This document shows positions 1 through 12,410 of a stretch of 51,939 bases of DNA, piece by piece. The DNA is taken from positions 41,771,275 to 41,823,213 of the forward strand of contig NC_057739.1 of assembly GCF_004010195.1 (NCBI RefSeq), read 5' to 3'. The translations under genes and the position numbers were made by a program. This DNA comes from Chiloscyllium plagiosum (lineage: Eukaryota). Position 1 is the stretch's first letter, and every line of letters starts with the position of its first letter. The notes under the pieces are model-generated. The model made no database searches. It saw nothing but the letters and a program-made list of their open reading frames with translations, and was not told the origin of the DNA.

Positions 1-46
1 GGGGGGGTATGTGTGTCAGTGAGGGGGGGGGGGGGGGGGGGGTTAC

Positions 47-242
47 CTGTGAAGTTGAGCTGCACCCAGCGGGCCTCACAGCACTCCTGGAGCCTGCAGT
101 ACAGGGTGGGGAAGGTACTGAGGAGGCCGGTCAGAGCGGTGGCCACCCCGACAGCAATCCCCATGCTGATGGGCTCCACGGCGGCCGCGAAACGCCCAGA
201 TAGCAGCAAGAGGACGAACACGGTCCTGGACACCAGCTTCAT
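47..242 (-). CDS. TOR1: Torsin-1-like gene A, coding exon 1 (gene continues beyond left edge)
   Basis: Reverse complement reads MKLVSRTVFVLLLLSGRFAAAVEPISMGIAVGVATALTGLLSTFPTLYCRLQECCEARWVQLNFT(G): signal peptide, VEPIS hydrophobic domain and YC-x4-CC, as in TOR1A/TOR1B exon 1. Length 196 nt, phase-1 donor ACAG|GTAAC. 1A vs 1B orthology cannot be resolved. Confidence 0.93.
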
Positions 243-400
243 CCTTCCCGGCCACCGGCCGCCAACCGCTACCGAAAACCTACTGACCTCACATCCGCCA
301 CGCAGTCCAATCCGCCTCCCGCCCCGGGCAAGACAGGAGCGGCTGCCATCTTTGTGCGGGGCAACTCCCAATAATGTCCAAAACACTCACGTTCCTGCAT
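243..400 (-). promoter_or_regulatory. CpG-rich promoter/5'UTR of torsin A
   Basis: CpG-dense stretch next to the ATG, with GC box CCCGCCCC (~318), CCAAT (~307, ~369) and YY1-like GCCATCTTT (~345). Confidence 0.65.
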
Positions 401-574
401 CATATGAAAGTAAAATCAGAAAATGGGTACAACTGATTGGCACCATATTCCATGAGAGCTTTAAAAGAGGAAACAAGTATCTTTCAAAAGGGAATCGATT
501 TTAAATGATTTGCAAAAGAGTCAAACTTTAATAGTATGAGACAACAACCTTCAAGAATTGATGTTGAATCAAGG

Positions 575-710
575 CTATAGTCCAAGAGATTTATTTGAAA
601 GTACAAGCTTTCGGAGTGCTGCTCCAGATAAAACTGTTGGAATATAACCTAAAGTTGTGACATTTTTAACTTTGTCTACCCCAGTCCAACACTGGCACTT
701 CCACGTCTTG
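575..710. mobile_element. Decayed hairpin PLE mini-element (family B, AGCU type), core partly deleted
   Basis: Resembles 5595-5795 and 45486-45633 (caagctttcggagtgctgctcc ... ccccagtccaacactggc). Confidence 0.7.
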
Positions 711-2727
711 GAGTAGATTGTTTGCAGGTAAAGAGATGATTGGCAAGTGGGAGGCTTTCACAAGTGTGTTAACAAGCGTTCAGAGGCGTTATGTTCCTGT
801 GAGAGTGAAAGGTTTGGCTGGTAAAATTAGGAAACTATGAATGAATAAAGATATTGAGGTTCTAGTCAGGAATAAAAAAAAATCATAGATTACTTGGACT
901 TTAATAAAGCTTTTGATAAGGTTCTGCATGGTAGACTTAGTAAAAGTTAGATCACATGCGATTCAGGGTGAGCTAGCCAATTGGATACAAAATTGGTTTG
1001 TCAGTAGGAGACAGATGGTGGAGTTGGAGGGTTGTTTTTCCGGACTAGATGACAGTGACCAGCAGAGTACCACAGGAATTGGTACTGGGTCCACTTTTGT
1101 TATTTACATAAATAATTTCTAAGAGAATATAGGATGCATGGTTTGTAAATTTGTGGATGACCGCTAAAATTGGTGGTATAATACAGTGAAAAAGGTCATC
1201 TAAGATTACAAAGACATCTTATTCAATTGGGTCAATGGGCTGAGGAGTGGAAGATGGAGTTTAATTTGGATAAATGCAAGGCATTGCCTTTTGATAAAAT
1301 GAACAAGGGCAGGACTTCTACAACTAATGGTAGGGCCTTGGGTAGTGTTAGAGAAAAGAGACCTTTGGGTTTGGGTACATAATTCTTTGAAATTTATCTC
1401 ACAGGTAGAACAGGGTAGTTAAGAAGGCATGTAGCATGCTTGCCTTCATTGCTCAGACCATTGATTATAGGAGTTGGGCATCATGTGGAGGTTGTACAGG
1501 ACATTGGTGGGACCTCTTCTGGTTGATCTATTACAGGAAGTATATTATTAAACTGGACAGGGTTCAGAAAAGATTTATCAGGATGTTGCCTGGAATAGAG
1601 GGTTTGAGGGCCAGATAGGCTGGGATGTTTTTTACTAGAGCATCAGAAGTTGATGGGTGACCTTATAGAGGTTTACAAAATCATGAGGGGCATAGATAAG
1701 GTGAATAGCAAAGGTCTTTTCCCTGTAATAGGGGAGTTCAAAACTAGGGGGCATACTTTCAAGGTGAGAGGAGAAAGATTTAAAAAGGACATGAAGGGCA
1801 ATTTCCTTTTACACAGATTGGTTAGTGTGTGGAATGAACTGCCAGATGAAGTGGTAAATGCAGGTACAGTTATAATGTTTAAACAATGTTTGGATAAGTA
1901 CATGAATAGGAAAGGTTTGGAGGGATATGGGCCGAATAAAGTGTTATGAAGATGTGGATGTACTGTACCTTTAAGAAAGTCAAAAGCTAGCAGAACTACC
2001 TGACAGCACCAAGTATTCTCAACAAGATACAATGAAGCATGTGGTCCAGCAGTTAATGTAGCTGGTTGCCTAGAGACAAAAACAAATTTGAATTAGGCCA
2101 ATCAGTTTAAATTATATACCAAAAATACCAAATTCCAATCAAGTTTGAATTTAGTACATTGACTATCTTAAAAGCCAATGACACAATCCAATGCTTTGGG
2201 GTATAAGACTGGGGAAAATTGAACAGTTGGGAGGAGAATTGCCACTAACCAACAGATGTAGATTACTAGTCAGAACTGTCCAAGAGGTACCTGTCTAGAG
2301 AAGGAGTTTGCAGAGAAAGACATTGACACTGATCGGGAGAGTAAATCTGCAAATAAAAGATTCAAAAACAGCTGGCTGGTTTTGAAATTTGAATTTTTAA
2401 GTAAATCTTAACTGGAGGTTTTGTTGGACTAGTGTTATGGAAGGGAATGTAAAAGGTAGGTTAGACGAAAGAGTTGTAAATAATTGTTAGTTAATTATTC
2501 TCTGTGATACTTTAAGAAATAAAGTTGTTAATTTTTACTTTAATTAGTTCTTGGCCTCAAATTTTCACAGATTACTGCACGGGATAAATCTTTTCTGTGT
2601 TGCTGGTATAAGTTAAGAAGTTAAGTTATGATGTAACAGAAGGCAGCTGGGACTAGTTTAGTTTGGGAACATAATTGGCATAGACTAGTTGGACCGAAGG
2701 GTCTGTTTCCATGCTGTATGACTCTAA
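711..2727 (+). mobile_element. CR1-clade LINE 3' fragment, interrupted by an LTR at 1942-2638
   Basis: Broken RT/C-terminal motifs (FDKVLHGRL, WIQNW, FVDD, GDLIEVYKIMRGID, WNELP) and a CR1-type tail ending ctgtatgactctaag. Confidence 0.88.
1942..2638 (+). mobile_element. Solo LTR
   Basis: TGTTA...TAACA termini, TATA-like gggtataaga at ~2200 and AATAAA at ~2518. Splits the CR1 tail cleanly. Confidence 0.7.
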
Positions 2728-3309
2728 GCAAGGATGGCAAATGTGAAAAGACTTCTCAGGTTGCTAGTAGATAGTGCATTCCATACACTGCCTGAAAGTG
2801 TGATGGGGCAGGTTGAGATGAGGCATTCAAGAGAGCACCAGACAATTGTTCAACTAAAAATGGCATCTAAGGGGATGGAGGGGGGAAAAGTAGGAACTTG
2901 GTACTTGATATGCCAAGGCATCATTAATGATGCTCATTTGAAAATCTGGTGCAAGCAAGATGACTATAGGCACCCCTAGCTCCAATTCTGAATTGAATAA
3001 ATCCTCTAAATTTTCCCTCATTGATTGTGGTCATTCTTTACCACAATGTGGTCATTGGAAGGAAATATATTCTTTCCAATATGCCAATCAACTTTGTGTT
3101 ACATGCTTTAATCCCCTTAAGTTTGATATTGTCTAACTTTTTTGAAGTTAATTAAAAATGGAAGGTCCTCCCCTCGGAATTTTTCTCATTGCATTGTGCC
3201 TACTCTGCCCATTCTGAATTATCCCATCAAATGTCTGTCACTGCATCTCTATTGATCCATCTCTTTGGTGAATCTGGCAGGTGACAATTCAAGGTAGGGG
3301 GAATTGGGA

Positions 3310-3560
3310 GTTAGCATGTGGTAATGTCACTGGATTTGAAATTCTGAGGCCTAGGTTAATGTATGGTTGGTGGGGGCAGTAACAGAGAATCATGGTTTAA
3401 AAGCTAAGCTTCAGTGATTGCAACTAAATCAGTTTCTGGTAATAAAAACTCACCTGGTTTGGTCTAAGAGTGATTCCATGGTATCACAACATGGTTGGTT
3501 CCTAATTGCTATAGTTTCACAGCTCAAAGGCAATTGGGAAGGCTTAGTGGCAGAGGATTA
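3310..3560 (+). mobile_element. Decayed tRNA-headed SINE (L2-tailed family)
   Basis: Reverse complement of the family seen at 30675-31285 and 49295-49645. Confidence 0.5.
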
Positions 3561-3562
3561 AG

Positions 3563-3830
3563 GATAGCACAATGGCTCAGTGGTTAGCACTGCTGCCTCA
3601 CTGCAGCAGGGACTTGGGCTCAATTCCAGCCTCGGGTGACTGTTTGTGCAAATTCTACACATTCTCCCCATGTCTGCATGGGTTTCCTCCCACAGTCCAA
3701 AGATGTGCAGGTTAGGTGCTTTGGCCATGGAAAGTGCAGGATTACAGGGACGGGGTAGAGGTCTGGGTGGGATTCTCTTCCTGGATGTGCCAAATGGCCT
3801 GCTTCCACATTGTCGGGATTCCACGACAAC
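3563..3830 (+). mobile_element. HE1/V-SINE-type tRNA-derived SINE
   Basis: A-box head tggctcagtggttagcactgctgcctca, V-domain-like ttctccccatgtctgcatgggtttcctcccacagtccaaagatgtgcagg, CR1-like tail. Confidence 0.88.
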
Positions 3831-4054
3831 AAATTGAAGTAATAAATAGGAAAGCCACAGGTTTTAGGGATAGAGTAGCAGAAGAGTGGAACTAATTTAA
3901 AAAGCAAGCAAAGGCCAAATGGGCTCCTTCTGTGTTGTATCATTTTTGGGTGGGGGAGCGGGGTAGTTGTTATCCAGACAGCTGATTTGCAATGCAGTGA
4001 TGCCAACAGCGTGCATCAATTCTCACACCATCTGAGGTTAGAATGAAGGAATAT

Positions 4055-4695
4055 ACAAAGAACTGCACATGCTGGAAATCATTCAAATTGCTGGAAAAAC
4101 TCCCAGCAGGTCTGGCAGCATCTGTGGAGAGAAGGCAGCGTTAACATTTCAGGTCCAGTGACCAGTCTTCAGAACTGATTGTAGCGAGCACAAGATTGGT
4201 AGATGGGAAAGGGGAGGAGTAAGTGATAGGCAGAGATGCAGACCATGGAGGGAGAACGACAGTTGGACAAAGGTCAGTCGAGGATTATCAATAGCTGCTA
4301 ATGGGGACTGCGACAATGGGTTGAATGTGGTAGCAGCCAATGTGACCTGGAGTGTGGGGTTTGGATTAAGGATATGGGAGAAAGTACTCAAGCCCTAAAA
4401 TTATTGAACTCTATAATCAATTCCTGAAGGCTGTTGGATCCCCAAGCAGAAAATGAAATGCTGTTCTTCCAGGTTGAACTTCGCTTCACTGAAGCACCAC
4501 GGCAAGACAGAGATGTTGGCCAGGGAACATGAAGGTGTGAAGTGACAGGCAACTGGAAGCTCAGGGTCAGTTTTTGAAATCAGAACTTAGGTATTCCGCA
4601 AAGCAGTCACCCAGTTTGTGTACTGTTTCCCCAATGTAGAGGAGACTGCATTTTGAACAGGGACTACAGTAGACTAGATTGAGTCCAGCAATTTT
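4055..4695 (-). mobile_element. Penelope-like element 3' fragment (GIY-YIG remnant plus family C hammerhead)
   Basis: Minus strand gives CSLLYIGET.HKLGDCFAEYL ... FIFCLG.QQPSG. Hammerhead-like GTT CTGAAGA ..GGTC/GACC.. GAAA TGTT AAC at 4175-4140. Confidence 0.8.
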
Positions 4696-5594
4696 TGATT
4701 TTGTTTACAATGAAGGACTCTCATTCTCAACCTCTCCTCTCAACTGAGGCATGGTGACCCTCAGGTTAAACCACCACCAGTCATCTCTTTCTAATGAAAG
4801 AGCAGCCTGTGATTTGGTCGGACTATGGTGACCTTTACCTTGTATCATTCTACATATATGATATGATTATGAACTATTCCATGGTTAACCCTAACTCCCT
4901 CAATGTGTGAATCCAGTGAGGATAGAAGATTGCAAATGTAGTTTCAACCCCTAAATTTTTCCTTTTAAAAAAAGTGCTCACCCCAAATGAAGGCCTGACC
5001 AGGAAATAGTGATACATTGCTTTGCAACAAGTCGTACCTTCTAGGGAAGAAAAACTACCACCTCTTCCTCATCGGGACCTTACATGTTTTGACTGTTTAA
5101 CCTAACTGTTAGACATGCCTTCATCCATAGAAGAATTGTGTATTTAAAAGGAAAAATTAGCTGTCATTTATTGAGGCCAAACCAGGACAAATAATACAGT
5201 GGCTAAAGATATTTCTAGAACGCATGTTGAGGTTACAAAATATTTTCTTTTTTTTTATTAGATTTTGAAATACATAACTAATTATTACATGAATGATTTC
5301 CCCATCCCATTTTGTAGTACCACTGTAATTTATTTGCACCCCACCATAAATTGGAATTTAATCAATACTGGCCTGATACACATAAGCAGCATATTTGACC
5401 TTTTGTGTTAGCTCCTCACTGGAGGAATAAAAAAAAAATCCAAAAGCTTTTCACCCTATGTAGTTTCCTCCATGTCAAATACCTGCATTTTACATCAAAG
5501 ATGTAGCAGTCTCTGCAACGATTGCTACATGACAACGTGGAAACTAACAGCAGCAGGAAGCCATTTGGCCATTTGAGTCTGCTCCACCATGCAA

Positions 5595-5795
5595 TCAGAA
5601 GTCACATGACACCAGGCTATAGTGCAAGAGGTTTATTTAAAATCACAAGCTTTCTGAGCACTGCTGCTTCACCTGATGAAGGAGCCATGCTCTGAAAGCT
5701 TGTGATTTTAAATAAACCTCTTGCACTATAGCCTGGTGTCATGTGACTTCTGACTTTGTCCACCCCAGTCCAACACTGGCATCTCAACATCATCG
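5595..5795. mobile_element. Hairpin PLE mini-element (family B) with hammerhead motif
   Basis: Perfect 60-bp inverted arms 5595-5654 / 5694-5753. Approximate TSD ccatgcaatc/ccattcaatc. Confidence 0.85.
5669..5705 (+). ncRNA. Minimal hammerhead ribozyme motif (family B)
   Basis: TCAC-CTGATGA-A-GGAGC cat GCTCT-GAAA-GC-TT-GTGA: stem I UCAC/GUGA, stem II, palindromic AGCU at stem III. Confidence 0.75.
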
Positions 5796-6365
5796 CCATT
5801 CAATCTGATCATGGCCGCTCCTCTATCTCAACACCATATTTCTGCTTTCTCTTCCGACCCCTTGACACGTTTACCATCTAAAAACGTGTCAATTTCTTTC
5901 TTCAATACACACTCAGGTGACCGGCCTCCACAGGCTTCTGTGGTAGTGAATTCCACAGATTGATCACCCCCACCATGTGAAGAAATGTTTCCTCATCTCA
6001 GCCTAAATGGCTAATCCCCTGGAGACTGTGACCCCTAGCTCTACACTCCCCAACCTGGAGGAGTAAAGTCCCTATATTTAGTCTGTCCATCCTGATTATT
6101 TTATGCAATTTTATCACATTCCCGCTCATTATTTCTAAACTCTGGTAAATACAGGTGCAGTCAAACCAATCTCTCCCACAGGTCAGTCCTGTCATCCACA
6201 ATATCAGCCTAGTGAACCTTGACCACACACCATCTAAGGCAAGCATGTCCTCTCTTAGGCAGAGAGCACAAAACTGCACACAATACTTCATATGCAGTCT
6301 CACCAAGGCCCTGTACAACCATAGTTATACATATCAACTTCTGAACGCAAATGCCTTTGTAAATA

Positions 6366-6923
6366 CTTAGAGATGTACAGCATGGAAACAGACCCTTCGG
6401 TCCAACTCGTTCATGCCGAACAGATATCCCAACCCAATCTAGACCCACCTGCCAACACACGGCGCATATCCCTCCAAACCCTTCCTATTCATATACCCAT
6501 CCAAATGCCTCTTAAATGCTGCAATTGTACCAGCCCTCACCACATCCTCTGGCAGCTCATTCCATAGACGTACCACCCTCTGCGTGAAAAAGTTGCCCCT
6601 TAGGTCTCTTTTATATCTTTCCCCTCTCACGCTAAACCTATGCCCTCTAGTTCTGGACTCCCCGACCACAGGGAAAAGACTTTGTCTATTTACCCTATCC
6701 GTGCCCCTCATAATTTTATAAACCTCTGTAAGGTCACCCCTCAGCCTCCAACGCTCCAGGGAAAACAGCCCCAGCCTGTTCAGCCTCTCCCTATAGCTCA
6801 AATCCTCCAACCCTGGCAACACCCTTGTAAATCTTTTTTGAACCCTTTCAAGTTTCACAACATCTTTCCGATAGGAAGGAGACCAGAATTGCACGCAATA
6901 TTCCAACAGTGGCCTAACCAATG
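6366..6923 (-). mobile_element. Young 5'-truncated CR1 LINE
   Basis: Uninterrupted 160-aa ORF2 C-terminus (VRPLLEYCVQFWSP...RGDL.EVYKIMRG...NFFTQRVVRLWNELP) plus 3' tail. Confidence 0.93.
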
Positions 6924-7835
6924 TGCTTCATCTGCCTGTTTATTTTGCAAAGTATCCCGTACTCCAAAAATCAATGTAAAGGAATTTCTCCTAATTTTCT
7001 TCTCCCTCTTCATAATAACTTTAAAATTGATTAAATTTATCCAGTGCTTCCCCAATGCATGTTATACTAAGCAGCAGCATAATCTGAAAGTCTGTTTGGG
7101 ATAAATGATGAATAGGGAAACAATTCCTGGGTGAGTTATTAAACACAGTAAATAAAACACAGAGCAGCCAGAATTGAGTAGCGTTGCTGTTCTACTTGAA
7201 AAATAAAGTCTGAGTTAATAATTTCAAAATTATCTCAATATTGTATCTCACAATGGTAAAACCAGAATCAAAGTATAACCCAAGAAATAAGTGTTTACAT
7301 ACAGATCTGTAATTTAAAAAAATAAACTTCTAGATTAGTTCAACAAACTTCCCATTTGTAACATGTAGTCATATCAAATGTTCCCATTTACAAGGTGATA
7401 AGAAGAAATGTGCAAACATGAACACTCCGCCAAAAACAGTTTGCATTCCCTGTACCTGTTTATTTCAGTGTCACCATTCTACAGCCCCATTGAGAGCTAT
7501 TCTTTTGTGAAATTAGACCACAACTAAGTTATTAAAGAAAAGCTAAGACAAAAAATTTCAAGAGTGATCACTGGAGTAGATGCACTTTCTCCTTGAACCA
7601 TTTTCCATCATTCAAGTGTAATCTGAATACATTCATTAGTGCAAAATTGCTGTGGACTCAGAGCCACTGGAATCTAGACTAAGGTTGCTGAAACAGGTTT
7701 CATTTTTGATATTTATAAACTAAAAAGGCAAAAGACAGCGAACATAACAATTACAAGCACAAGAAAGAGCCAGATAGACAGTGAGGGACAGAAGAACAGA
7801 AATACATTGAGAGACAAACACATACAAAAAACTGC

Positions 7836-7855
7836 GAGAGAGAGAGAGAGAGAGA
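7836..7855. repeat. (GA)n microsatellite
   Basis: About 10 GA units seen directly. Confidence 0.9.
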
Positions 7856-8517
7856 TGGTGAGGAACAGAGAATTTATCCCATTAATATGCATTACATTTA
7901 GACTCAGGATTTAACTGTGAAAGGGAAACACATTGCCCCAATGCAGAACAGAACCCAACATACAGAAATGGTTCCTAAAAGTCTGATTAAAACCTCATCC
8001 CCATACAACATTAAAACATGACCACCACTTAGTAGTTACTTGTGCAAGACACATGAAACAGACTCCGCAAAGAGTTATTCAGCAAATAACAGCTAAAAAA
8101 ATTACACACTATTTCAGTGCATGGTCAAAGAACATAAGTGAATTTTCGGTTGTAGACTTGGCATGTTGCTATAATTATAATTTTCATTTCCTCTCAAGTA
8201 CTTAGAACATCAGGCTAGTTTTTGGCTCACAACCCTTAAGTTTCATTCAATCAAATGTCAAGTGCAAAGCTCACCATTTATACAAAGATATAAAAATGCC
8301 AAAATAATAGCTTCAGTTTTGCAGTCTTGATTTGTCATAGAAACAGAATGCTTCACACACAAGATGTTAAAAGCTTCAGAAAACTCGGGATCAAGTCTTT
8401 CATTGATGTAAACATTGAAGTGTTCAGCCTGGAGTTCTCCAAATAAATAGGGATTTCATCATTTGATTTTCTTCACTGTAATGCATCATAGGCATTTTAA
8501 AACAAAACAGAAATATT

Positions 8518-8780
8518 CTACAGTTTTGAATCTGCGGCTGTCCAATAATTCACCTTTGCAGCCACAGTTTTGCAGCCCTTGACTGAAAAGACTCTTTGGT
8601 CCTTTGGGAAGTATACCATCTCTTCGGCCACTTTGATGGCTACTTGGTCAACATCTTCAAGATGCCGCGTGTACAATTCAGCTTTTGCACACAACACAAC
8701 GTGCTTATACTCCAGTGGCAGAAAAGGAATAAAATAATCGATCAGATATTTGTCAATGAGACGGGTGTGCCAGAATCCAC
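8518..8780 (-). CDS. TOR1: Torsin-1-like gene B, exon 5 (last)
   Basis: Acceptor tctctgatcacag|GT. Reads (S)GFWHTRLIDKYLIDYFIPFLPLEYKHVVLCAKAEL...VAEEMVYFPKDQRVFSVKGCKTVAAKVNYWTAADSKL*, including the torsin sensor-2 GCK. Confidence 0.96.
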
Positions 8781-9111
8781 CTGTGATCAGAGAAAAATTC
8801 GAAACTCAGTCACATTCATAAAAATGCCTAGGTGCTCAGATTCCGATTAGCATAAACCTTCTAGTTTATCCAGAATAATGCCAAAATAAACAATATGTTA
8901 GAATCATCAAATCTCTATCGTGTGGAAGCAGGCCATTTGGCCCATCAAGTCCACACCTGCAGTAATTTTTAACAAAATTGAAATCATCCAGCATCTTTCA
9001 TCAGATGTCCCAAAGATCTTTATAGCTTATTAACCTTTTTAGAAGTGTGGACTCTATTGTAATGCAGAAAATGCAGCAACCAATTGGAGCACAGTAAGCT
9101 CCCATAAGCAA

Positions 9112-9723
9112 TGTTATGGATCAGATCAGATTCCCTCAAACCAGTTTAAGGAAGTAGCCCAGAAACTAACTTTTCTAGTTGTTTTAAGCAGGTGTAAGTG
9201 GATATTCCGGGAGTGATACAGCCTAATCACTTAGTTTCAAACAAAACAGAATTTATTTGCAGGATTACCAAATTAAACAAACAGAAGAGAACAGAATAAC
9301 TTAACCTGAAAACCTAACAGATTATCCCAACTTAATGATGCTGCTCCAAATATTTGCAACAATCACCATAAACATCCCTTTTCAAAAAATAAGAAAAATC
9401 CAACACAGGGTCTTACAGGAGAGGAAAAGAGATGGCAGTGAGATTCTTCCATGTAGCTGTTTCTTTGACCAGCAGTCTTGAAAAACTGACTAGCAGCTCT
9501 GAACCCAAACCAAACAAGACCAGAGAAAAGCTGAGCTGGGAGAACTGGCCCGTCCCCTTTCATTGTACAAGTCATTTTCTTACAACTTGGTTGTTGACTT
9601 AGGAAACATCTGTAGCCATTATTAAAGTGGCTAGCTCAGACATTTTGGAACCTGTGTCTTTAGACCCCTCAAATAAAAAAAACAAGGACTACATAACCTT
9701 GTTAAAGGAGCAGTACTATCACA
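9112..9723 (-). mobile_element. Probable solo LTR
   Basis: TGTTAT...ATCACA termini, minus-strand AATAAA at ~9253, inserted into an older SINE/L2 fragment. No clear TSD. Confidence 0.5.
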
Positions 9724-11359
9724 TTACATTGCCAACTCTTTTTACTGAAACTGTTGCAGGAATAAATATTACCCCAAACAGCTGCTTTTCTTCAAAATAA
9801 TGAAACTAGAATCTTTAACTTTCATCCATGGGAGCAGACTGGAGCTGTTTCTCACAACTCACCTCTATGATGCCACCTCTGGCAATCCCTCTCTCCCTCA
9901 GAATTGCACCTGGGAGAGTCATCCTAGATTTTGTGTTCAACTATTTGAAACATTTCAACAATCTCCTGACTCAAAAGTGAATATGCTTCCCCCAAGGCAC
10001 AGATGGTAGCAAATGGCAAATATGCACAAGTGAAATATGCATTAAAAATTGTTAAGTAATGGAAATCATGCCATTCACCTTAAATTGGTGTCCTCTGGTT
10101 TTTAACCCTTCCACCAATGGGAATGGCCTCCCTCTGTCTAGTCTGACTTAATCCCTCCAGACTTGAACGCTTATGAATCTTCTCTATGGAGTAGTCCCAG
10201 TTTCTCAAAAAATATCCACATTATGCAACTGTTCTTGTAAATCTGTTCCTCTCCTTTTTGAAAGCCTTCACACCCTTTCTCAAGGACGATGACCGGAACT
10301 GGACACAATACTCATTTGAAACCAAGCCAGTGAAGTTCAGCTTAACCATTACGGTATTTCACAGCATTTTCTACAGTTGCAATTTATTCATTCACTGGGA
10401 TCCACTAACTCCACGTTTTATAGTTTGCTCAATCTGCAATTAAAAATTGAACAAGGATGCTTATACTCACCTTGTGCTCTCATTGTATAACTCAGGAGAC
10501 TGTTCGGTCCATCGTATTTGTCATATCTTCAAAACTATCCTGTCTGCTCTTTCCCTATAGCTCTCAAAAGTAGGCATCCATCATTTGTGAAAATTGTTTG
10601 AAGAGAAATTAAAGCAGCTTTATAGGGAAATGGCGGAGCCTAACTGGATAGATCATTCAATCAGACAGGATATACTGAGCATTCTCCTTCACTGCTTTAA
10701 GATTTTGGAAACGGGTAACATTTTTAAAAATCTTCAGTCAGGTAGATAAGTATATTTAAAACCTGGAAACTTAGTATTCAAATTTTTTCATTTGGATTAT
10801 ATTACTGACAGATTTTTTGCTTTTATGTTCACAAAAATAAGATATGGAAAGGCAGCACTAGAATTTGGAACAATTGGAGAGAATCATTTATGAAATCACT
10901 GGAAGATATAGAATAATTGGAAGGAAATGCTGTAGTTCCACCAAAGCATGGTGAGTTGGAACCATTTCCACCAAAGCTCAAATAAATTCAATGGGATACT
11001 GGTGGGTTGGTGAATCGGTATAAAATTGGCATCATAGAAACAAAGTCACTGTCAACCCTCCATAAGATGTTGGAGCAAAAGCAGGCCATTTGGCCCATTG
11101 AGTCTGCTCCACCATTCAATGAAATCATGCTGATTTGATAATCCTCAACACTACTTTACTTCCTTATCCCCATAAAAGGATTCCCTTAAAAGATTAGAAG
11201 TCTGTCTATCTAAGCCTTGAATATGCTTAGCAACGCAGCCTGGACAGCCCTTTGTAGTAAGGAATTCCACAGATTCACTACCCTGAGAGAAAATAAAGCA
11301 TTATGTCTTTAACAGGCTTTTCCATTCCCAGTTCAAATAAATTCTGAACCAAGACTTAC

Positions 11360-11487
11360 TATTTTTGTTGTTATAGACTTCTAAGGACAGGCTATTCTCC
11401 AAGTCTTTCTGTTGAATATCTTCCCTTTTCATCCCACGCTGCCAGAAATCTAGCACAATATCATTTATCTTCTCACCACCAGCATTG
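11360..11487 (-). CDS. TOR1: Torsin B exon 4
   Basis: tttgagtag|C AAT GCT ... AAT A|GTAAGT, 128 nt. (S)NAGGEKINDIVLDFWQRGMKREDIQQKDLENSLSLEVYNNKN, sensor-1 SN. Confidence 0.96.
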
Positions 11488-11969
11488 CTACTCAAAGAAA
11501 GTAGAGACAGATTACTTTACTTCAGTTCACTTCTATTAATGTTCACTTCAGGAACATCAAGAGTAAAAAATCAAAGATTTTAAGTGATTGGCATCAGAAC
11601 GACAGGGAAAATGGTGAGGTTTCTTCAAGACATCAGTTGTGGCTCAGTTAGTCAAACTCTTGTCCGAGTCAGAATGTTATCAGTTCAAGTCTTACTCCAT
11701 GAACTTAGCAGGAAAATCAAGGTCAATAGTATCAGCACATCTGTCTTTCCCATGTGATATTAAACTGATTGATTAAATTTGATTCCCTACAGTATGGATT
11801 GGCATCTGGAGAGCTTGCTGTGCACAATGTGACACTGCCCTGGTATTCTGGCTTTGTGATCTTGTTTGAGGGATAAATGTTGGCGAGGTTAGCAAATATA
11901 ACTTCCCTATCATTCTTTCAAAAATATTGCCATGGGATATTTTACATCTTCTTCAAAGGCCAGCTAGGG

Positions 11970-12410
11970 TACTGGAGCATCAGATTGTCAGGGTTGGAGG
12001 GTTTGAGGCTGGTGATGTTTTCCCTGGAGCCGAGGGGTGACCTTATAGAGGTTTGTAAAACCAAGAGGGGCATGGATAGGGTGAATAGTCAAGGTCTTTT
12101 CCACGGGGTGGGGGAGTCCAGAACTAGAGGGCATAGGTTTAGGGTGAGAGGGGAAAGATATAAAAAGGGACGTAAGGGGCAACTGTTTCACGCAGAGAGT
12201 GGTGTGTGTATGCAATGAGCCACCAAGGAAGTGGTGGAGGCTGGTACAATTACAACATTTAAAAGGCATCTGGATGGGTATGTGAATAGGAAGGGTTTGG
12301 AGGGATATGGGCCAGGTGTTGGCAAATGGGACTAGATTAGGTTAGGATATCTGGTAGGCATGGATAAGTTGGACCAAAGGGTCTGTTTCCGTGCTGTACG
12401 TCTCTATGAC
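11970..12410 (+). mobile_element. CR1 LINE 3' fragment inside an old tRNA-SINE (11635-11960)
   Basis: RGDLIEVCKTKRGMDRV...RTRGHRFRVRGERY and a CR1 tail. Confidence 0.88.

Larger units (their letters stand above)
5545..6350 (-). mobile_element. CR1/L2 LINE 3' fragment (host of the 5595-5795 hairpin)
   Basis: ORF 5998-6318 YRALVRLHMKYCVQF...RFTRLI, with a LINE 3' tail. Confidence 0.82.

Noticed and set aside
9-504. Plus-strand ORFs of 64 and 163 aa
   Set aside because: Antisense shadows of GC-rich torsin A exon 1 and its promoter, with no recognisable domain.
6925-8517. Defined poly(A) site for torsin B
   Set aside because: Several candidate minus-strand AATAAA (7459-64, 6939-44) in AT-rich DNA, and no way to choose among them without transcript data.
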